A DNA stretch of 64,000 bases from the NCBI GenBank assembly GCA_041690355.1, contig JAWLHK010000010.1:1-64000 (forward strand). The letters run 5' to 3'. The position numbers were made by a program, and so were the translations under genes. The stretch comes from a bacterium (GTDB lineage: Bacteria > J088 > JAWLBW01). This document shows positions 58,686-64,000 of the stretch, one piece after another (the stretch's first letter is position 1; each line of letters opens with the position of its first letter). The notes below the pieces were generated by a model. It was given only the letters and a program-made list of their open reading frames with translations. It searched no databases and was not told the DNA's origin.

Positions 58686-60038
58686 ATGGATTGGAACATT
58701 CAGGACACGATTGTCGCCCCGGCCACGGCCCCGGGGACGGCGGCCGTCGCCATCGTGCGTCTGGCCGGCCCGCAGGCCTGGACGCTTGCCGGGCATGTCT
58801 TTCCCGCTCTGGGAGCAACCTCGACGCCACGCATGGCCGTTTTCGGCCGGCTCGAGACCCCCGACGGCGTGGTCGACGAGGCGCTCGTACTCCCCTTTCG
58901 CGGACCGCGTTCCTACACCGGCGACGATCTCGTCGAGTTTCATCTGCACGGCAACGACCTGCTCGTCTCGGGTCTTGTGCGCTCTCTCGTCAGCCTGGGG
59001 GCGCGGCCGGCCGGGCCGGGGGAGTTCACGCGCCGCGCCTTTCTCAACGGCAAGCTCGACCTGACGCGCGCCGAAGCGGTGGCCGAAGTCATCGCGGCGC
59101 GCTCAGAGCGGGCGGCGCGGGGGGCGGCGGCACGGCTCGCGGGGGCCCTCTCAGACCGCTACCGCGGTATCCGCACGCGCCTGCTCGATCTGCTCGTGCA
59201 CCTTGAAGCCTCGGTCGATTTTCCCGACGAGGACATCGAAACCCTCGGCTACCCGCGACTGCTGGGTGATCTCGCCGCGTTGCAGGCCGAACTTCAGGGA
59301 CTCGCGGCGACCTACACCTCGGGGCGCATCGAGCGCGACGGGCTGCGGGTCGGGATCGCCGGAAGGCCGAACGCCGGCAAGAGTTCGCTGTTGAACGCGT
59401 TGCTCGGATCGGAGCGGGCCATCGTGACGCCGGTGGCCGGCACGACGCGTGATTATCTGGAGGAATCGCTCACGGTCGCCGGGGCGCGCATCCAGATCAT
59501 CGACACGGCCGGCCTGCGAGAGACCGACGACGTCGTCGAGGCAGAGGGGATTCGCCGCGCGCGCGGGCGCATGGCCGAGGCCGACCTACTTCTCTATGTC
59601 GTCGACATGACCTGCCCGCCGGTATCCGGCGAGTGGGAGGCTGCGCGGGATCTCGGGCGGGGCACGCTGGTGTGGGTGCTCAACAAGGCCGATCTTGCGG
59701 AGGGCCCCTTCCCCGAACCCCCGGGCGGGCCCGTGTTCCGCCTCTCGGCGCGCACGGGGGCGGGGGTCGACGCGCTGCTCGGCTGGCTCGGATCGGCGGC
59801 GGCCGGCAGCGATGGCGACCAGGGGTTCCGCGTGGCCACGGCCCGCCAGGCGCGCCTGCTCGAGCAGAGCGCGGCGTCGCTGGCTGCGGCGCGCGATGCC
59901 CTGACGAGCGGCATCTCGCCGGACCTGGTCGTACAGGATCTTCGCGACGCCGTGCGCACTGTGGGCGAACTCACGGGAGAGATTGCGAACGACGAAGTGC
60001 TCGGGTCCATCTTCTCGACGTTCTGCGTGGGGAAGTGA
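58686..60038 (+). CDS. mnmE: tRNA modification GTPase MnmE
   Basis: DTIVAPATAPG, GEFTRRAFLNGK, GRPNAGKSS, GTTRD, DTAG, FSTFCVGK. Confidence 0.98.
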   Translation: MDWNIQDTIVAPATAPGTAAVAIVRLAGPQAWTLAGHVFPALGATSTPRMAVFGRLETPDGVVDEALVLPFRGPRSYTGDDLVEFHLHGNDLLVSGLVRSLVSLGARPAGPGEFTRRAFLNGKLDLTRAEAVAEVIAARSERAARGAAARLAGALSDRYRGIRTRLLDLLVHLEASVDFPDEDIETLGYPRLLGDLAALQAELQGLAATYTSGRIERDGLRVGIAGRPNAGKSSLLNALLGSERAIVTPVAGTTRDYLEESLTVAGARIQIIDTAGLRETDDVVEAEGIRRARGRMAEADLLLYVVDMTCPPVSGEWEAARDLGRGTLVWVLNKADLAEGPFPEPPGGPVFRLSARTGAGVDALLGWLGSAAAGSDGDQGFRVATARQARLLEQSAASLAAARDALTSGISPDLVVQDLRDAVRTVGELTGEIANDEVLGSIFSTFCVGK

Positions 60039-60129
60039 TTGGGAGCGGCTTCCGCGGAAGGGCCCCTTTTTCCGCAAGAGCTACCTGGTCGTCTCCCGAA
60101 AGACCCTCCATCTTGTTGTCCGCTGAAAA

Positions 60130-60857
60130 GACCCCCCTGTCGTCCCCCGAAGGGGGACCCGAGAAGCGGGCATCCTGGTACCGAGAGGGAACCGTATGGT
60201 CGCCGGAACGTTCCACGTGGAACATCTCGGACTGAAGACCCTCCTGTCGTCCCCCGAAGGGGGACCCGAGAAGCGGGCATCCTGGTACCGAGAGGGAACC
60301 GTATGGTCTCCGGAGCGTTCCACGTGGAACATCTCGGACTAAAGACCCCCCTGTCGTCCCCCGAAGGGGGACCCGAGAAGCGGGCATCCTGGTACCGAGA
60401 GGGAACCGTTGGTCTCCGGAGCGTTCCACGTGGAACATCTCGGACTGAAGACCCTCCTGTCGTCCCCCGAAGGGGGACCCGAGAAGCGGGCATCCTGGTA
60501 CCGAAAGGGAACCGTATGGCTCCCGGAGCGTTTCACGTGGAACGCCATGGACTAAAGACCCCCCTGTCGTCCCCCGAAGGGGGACCCGAGAAGCGGGCAT
60601 CCTGGTACCGAGAGGGAACCGTATGGTCTCCGGAGCGTTCCACGTGGAACATCTCGGACTGAAGACCCCCCTGTCGTCCCCCGAAGGGGGACCCTTCGAT
60701 GTACCAGAGCGCCGATCGCCAGTGACCCGGAACTTTCGACATAGAACCTTATACCCTGAAGATCGCACTGTTGCTTCCCGAAATTGGGCCCCGACAGGCG
60801 GCCGTCCTGGTACCGAGAGGGAACCGTATGGCTCTCGGAGCGTTCCACGTGGAACAT
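60130..60857. repeat. 107-bp tandem array: REP-like hairpin plus parS palindrome per unit
   Basis: Units start at 60130, 60237, 60344, 60450, 60557 and 60664. The sixth is interrupted by about 110 bp of unique sequence (60695-60804). Confidence 0.95.
60209..60856. promoter_or_regulatory. Six parS-like chromosome partitioning sites
   Basis: cGTTCCACGTGGAACa at 60209, 60316, 60422, 60636 and 60841, and cGTTTCACGTGGAACg at 60529. These match the TGTTNCACGTGAAACA parS consensus. Confidence 0.85.
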
Positions 60858-61007
60858 GACCTACCCAACGGCCCCCCTTGCCCTTGCCGCGTACTTCGTC
60901 CCCCACTCCCCCACTCCCCCACTCCCCCGCTCCCCTCTTCCCCCCTCCCCGCGAAAACCCCCACGGACACATTTGCGCCAAACCCTCACCTCGTACATCA
61001 TATAGGG

Positions 61008-62879
61008 ATGCTCGCATTCGACGTCATCGTCGTCGGGGCCGGTCACGCCGGCGTCGAAGCCGCCCTCGCATCCGCACGGATGGGTCGGCGCACGATGCTC
61101 ATGACCCTCAACCTCGACACCGTCGCCAAGGCCAGCTGCAACCCCGCCATCGGCGGCATCGGCAAGGGCCACCTCGTCAAGGAGATCGATGCCCTCGGCG
61201 GCGAGATGGCCAAGGCCACCGACGCGACCGGCATCCAGTTCCGCCTGCTGAATCGCTCCAAGGGTCCCGCCGTGCGGGCCTCGCGCGCGCAGATCGACCG
61301 CTGGGACTATGCCGCCTACATGAAGCTCGTGTGCGAGCGCACCGCGAATCTAACCCTGAAGCAGGCCACCGTCGAACGCCTCGTCGTCGAAAACGGCAGG
61401 GTCGCGGGCGTCGTCACCCAGTTCGGACAGGCCTATTCCGCCCGCGCCGTCATCATCACGACCGGAACCTTTCTGCAGGGGCTCATCCACATGGGGCACC
61501 AGCGCCAGCCCGCCGGACGCGCAGGAGATCCCCCCGCCCTCAAACTCTCCGACCAGTTCCGCGACCTCGGCCTCAAGGTAGGCCGCCTGAAGACCGGCAC
61601 CTGCCCGCGCATCGACGGCAAAACCATCGATTTCTCAAGGCTCGAACGCCAGGACGGTGATGAAAATCCCCTCCCCTTCTCCTTCGCTACCGAACGGATC
61701 ACCCAGACCCAGCGCCCCTGCTGGATCACGCACACCAATGCGCGTACGCACACAGTCATCCGCGAGAACCTCGGGGCCAGCGCCATGTACGGCGGACAGA
61801 TCCAGAGCCGCGGCCCGCGCTACTGCCCGAGCATCGAAGACAAGGTCGTGCGCTTCGCCGAGAAGGAGAGCCACCAGATCTTTCTCGAGCCCGAGGGGCG
61901 CGAAACGATGGAGTACTACCCGAACGGTCTTTCGACCTCCCTGCCCCTCGAGGTCCAGATCGAGTTCCTGCATACCATCCCCGGTCTCGAGCACGTCGAG
62001 ATCATGCGCCCCGGCTATGCCATCGAGTACGATTTCGTAGACCCCACCGAGCTGCAGCCAACCCTCGAGGTGCGCGCGCTACCCGGCCTCTACCTCGCCG
62101 GCCAGATCAACGGGACGACCGGATACGAAGAGGCCGCGGCCCAGGGCATCATGGCGGGCATCAACGCCGCCCTGGCCATCGCCGGCGACGAGCCGCTCGT
62201 ACTGCGCCGCGACGAGGCCTACATCGGCGTGCTTATCGACGACCTGATCACGAAGGGAACCGACGAACCCTACCGCATGTTCACGAGCCGCGCCGAGCAT
62301 CGTCTCATTCTGCGCGAAGACAACGCCGACGAGCGCCTGAACCACCACGGCCGCCGCGTCGGTCTGCTCCCCGAAGAGCGCTGGAAGTTGTGGGAAACCA
62401 AAGCGGACAAAATCCGTCAGGTTTTCAAGGACCTGGAGAGCGCGCGAATCGCCCCCTCCGACACCGTGCACAAGTTATTCACAGCCGTGGGCGAACCGCC
62501 CCTGCGCGAAACCGTGAACGGAAAACAGTTCCTGAAGCGTCCGCATGTACAGTTCAGCCACCTCGAGGCCCTGGGCGTACTCTCCGAACCCGTGCCAGCC
62601 GCCGTGGCCGAGCAGGTCGAGATCCGCATCAAGTACGAAGGCTATCTCAAGCGCCAGGAAGCTGAAGTCGAGCGCATGGCCAGGGTCGAACTCACGCGCA
62701 TCCCCGCAGAGTTCGACTACCGCCTGCCCGGCCTGAGCAACGAGGTGCAGGAAAAGTTGCGCCGCCACCAGCCGCAGACCCTCGGGCACGCCTCGCGTAT
62801 CCCGGGCATCACGCCCGCCGCGCTCTCCATCCTCTCGGTCTTTCTGGACAAGGAACGCCGCGCCCGCGCAGCCACCTGA
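61008..62879 (+). CDS. mnmG: tRNA uridine-5-carboxymethylaminomethyl(34) synthesis enzyme MnmG
   Basis: [48 protein letters not shown]. Confidence 0.98.
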   Translation: MLAFDVIVVGAGHAGVEAALASARMGRRTMLMTLNLDTVAKASCNPAIGGIGKGHLVKEIDALGGEMAKATDATGIQFRLLNRSKGPAVRASRAQIDRWDYAAYMKLVCERTANLTLKQATVERLVVENGRVAGVVTQFGQAYSARAVIITTGTFLQGLIHMGHQRQPAGRAGDPPALKLSDQFRDLGLKVGRLKTGTCPRIDGKTIDFSRLERQDGDENPLPFSFATERITQTQRPCWITHTNARTHTVIRENLGASAMYGGQIQSRGPRYCPSIEDKVVRFAEKESHQIFLEPEGRETMEYYPNGLSTSLPLEVQIEFLHTIPGLEHVEIMRPGYAIEYDFVDPTELQPTLEVRALPGLYLAGQINGTTGYEEAAAQGIMAGINAALAIAGDEPLVLRRDEAYIGVLIDDLITKGTDEPYRMFTSRAEHRLILREDNADERLNHHGRRVGLLPEERWKLWETKADKIRQVFKDLESARIAPSDTVHKLFTAVGEPPLRETVNGKQFLKRPHVQFSHLEALGVLSEPVPAAVAEQVEIRIKYEGYLKRQEAEVERMARVELTRIPAEFDYRLPGLSNEVQEKLRRHQPQTLGHASRIPGITPAALSILSVFLDKERRARAAT

Positions 62880-62933
62880 GTCCGGCTCCCGCCGTGGTCT
62901 CTCCCGCGGAACTCCGCCCGTATTGCTGTGCGA

Positions 62934-63560
62934 TTACTCGGCCTGCGGCGCGGCCACTTCCGCCTTGCGGGCACGCAGTTCCTCGACGGCCAGATCGATC
63001 CGGCTCCACAGCTCGTCTCTTCCCCGCCCCGTCTCCGAGGAGTAGATCGTGAACGCGTCGGTCGGGAGATCGAGCGTGTCGCTCATGACCTTGCGGCTCT
63101 TGGCGATCTGATTGTTCGAGAGCTTGTCTGCCTTCGTGAGCACGAGAATGGTCGGCTTCTCGAGCTCCTGCAGCCAGTCGAGCAGCGCGATGTCATCCTT
63201 CGTCGGCGGATGACGAATGTCGAGGATGTGCACGACCGCGGCCAGAGAGTCAGCCTCGGCGATGTAGCGGCCGATCATCGGGCCCCACTGCTTCTTGAGA
63301 CTCATCGGCACCTTGGCATATCCATAGCCGGGCAGGTCGACGACGTACATCTTCTTGTTCAGCAGGACGAAGTTGAGCAGCTGCGTGCGCCCCGGCGTGC
63401 GCGAGACGCGCATGACGTTTCTGCGGTTGAGCAGATTGTTGATCAGGCTCGACTTACCGACGTTGCTGCGCCCCGCAAAGGCGACGGCGGGGAGCGCGTC
63501 CTTCGGCCACTGCTCGGGCTTGATGGCCGATTTCACGAACTCGACCGAATTCACCTTCAT
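62934..63560 (-). CDS. engB: Ribosome biogenesis GTP-binding protein EngB/YsxC
   Basis: GRSNVGKSS, TPGRT, DLPGYG, TKADK. Confidence 0.96.
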   Translation of the reverse strand: MKVNSVEFVKSAIKPEQWPKDALPAVAFAGRSNVGKSSLINNLLNRRNVMRVSRTPGRTQLLNFVLLNKKMYVVDLPGYGYAKVPMSLKKQWGPMIGRYIAEADSLAAVVHILDIRHPPTKDDIALLDWLQELEKPTILVLTKADKLSNNQIAKSRKVMSDTLDLPTDAFTIYSSETGRGRDELWSRIDLAVEELRARKAEVAAPQAE

Positions 63561-64000
63561 GCAAACCACCTTTCGAGGCGCTTCAGCCCCTCGCGGATGC
63601 GCTCCATGCCCGTCGCATAGGAGAAACGCAGAAAACCGGGCGCGCCGAAATCGTCGCCCGGCGTGACGGCCACGTGAGTCTCTTCAAGTATCCTGCGCGC
63701 AAAAGCAATCGTATCTTCCGTTCGCCCGCGCACATCGGCGAGCACATAGAACGCACCCAGCGGATCGACCGGAATTCCCAGTCCCACGCGGCGAAGACCC
63801 GCGAGCATGGCCTGCCGCCGCTCGTCATAGGCCGAGCGCATCCGCAAGGTCTCTTCGCGAACCCGCGAATCTTCGAGCGCCGCGAAGCCGCCGCGCTGGG
63901 CGAAGCTGTTGGCGGCGATCATGAGGTTCTGCTGCAGCACTTCCATGACGCGCGCATACCCGGGGGGAACGATGACGTAGCCGAGCCGCCAGCCGGTCAT
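63557..64000 (-). CDS. PLP-dependent class I/II aminotransferase, 3' part only
   Basis: MTGWRLGY, GAFY, VTPGDDFG..LRFSYA; truncated by the window edge. Confidence 0.9.
   Translation of the reverse strand: MTGWRLGYVIVPPGYARVMEVLQQNLMIAANSFAQRGGFAALEDSRVREETLRMRSAYDERRQAMLAGLRRVGLGIPVDPLGAFYVLADVRGRTEDTIAFARRILEETHVAVTPGDDFGAPGFLRFSYATGMERIREGLKRLERWFA

Noticed and set aside
60130-60857. CRISPR array
   Set aside because: The sequence between hairpins is nearly identical in every unit, so there are no unique spacers, and no cas genes are nearby.
60040-61007. oriC between mnmE and mnmG
   Set aside because: I saw no TTATCCACA-type DnaA box cluster or AT-rich unwinding element.
59594-61017. ORFs containing MFHVER / VPRGT / CSTWN repeats
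   Set aside because: These are translations of the parS palindrome and repeat unit. The mnmG start was moved from 60771 to 61008 for the same reason.

Overview
GC-rich bacterial chromosome segment. Gene content (TIGR02147, poly-HAMP kinase, many lipoproteins, Tol-Pal) suggests a diderm, possibly deltaproteobacterial/myxobacteria-like organism; this is inference. The left ~40 kb is accessory. It holds a TIGR02147 gene with a giant lipoprotein, a three-domain KaiC-like ATPase operon, decayed genes (P1B-ATPase, PAP2), a GH30/GH3 pair, a DUF5985-like trio facing a poly-HAMP hybrid kinase, a TetR/lipoprotein/RoxA-like unit, a second diheme cytochrome and an ABC-F gene with a structured leader. The right ~24 kb is mostly core: recA, tsaD, tolQRAB-pal-cpoB, mnmE, mnmG, engB. 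The most notable non-coding structure is a 107-bp tandem array between mnmE and mnmG, where each unit couples a REP-like hairpin to a parS palindrome (6 parS-like sites). A second array at 39.6 kb uses the same hairpin. Also seen: strand-polarised C-rich octamer tracts, a candidate ~130-nt sRNA before mnmE, and a recurring -10 box 6-7 nt before start codons, suggesting leaderless mRNAs. No rRNA, tRNA, CRISPR array or transposase was recognised. Product calls come from motif recognition by eye, not database searches.
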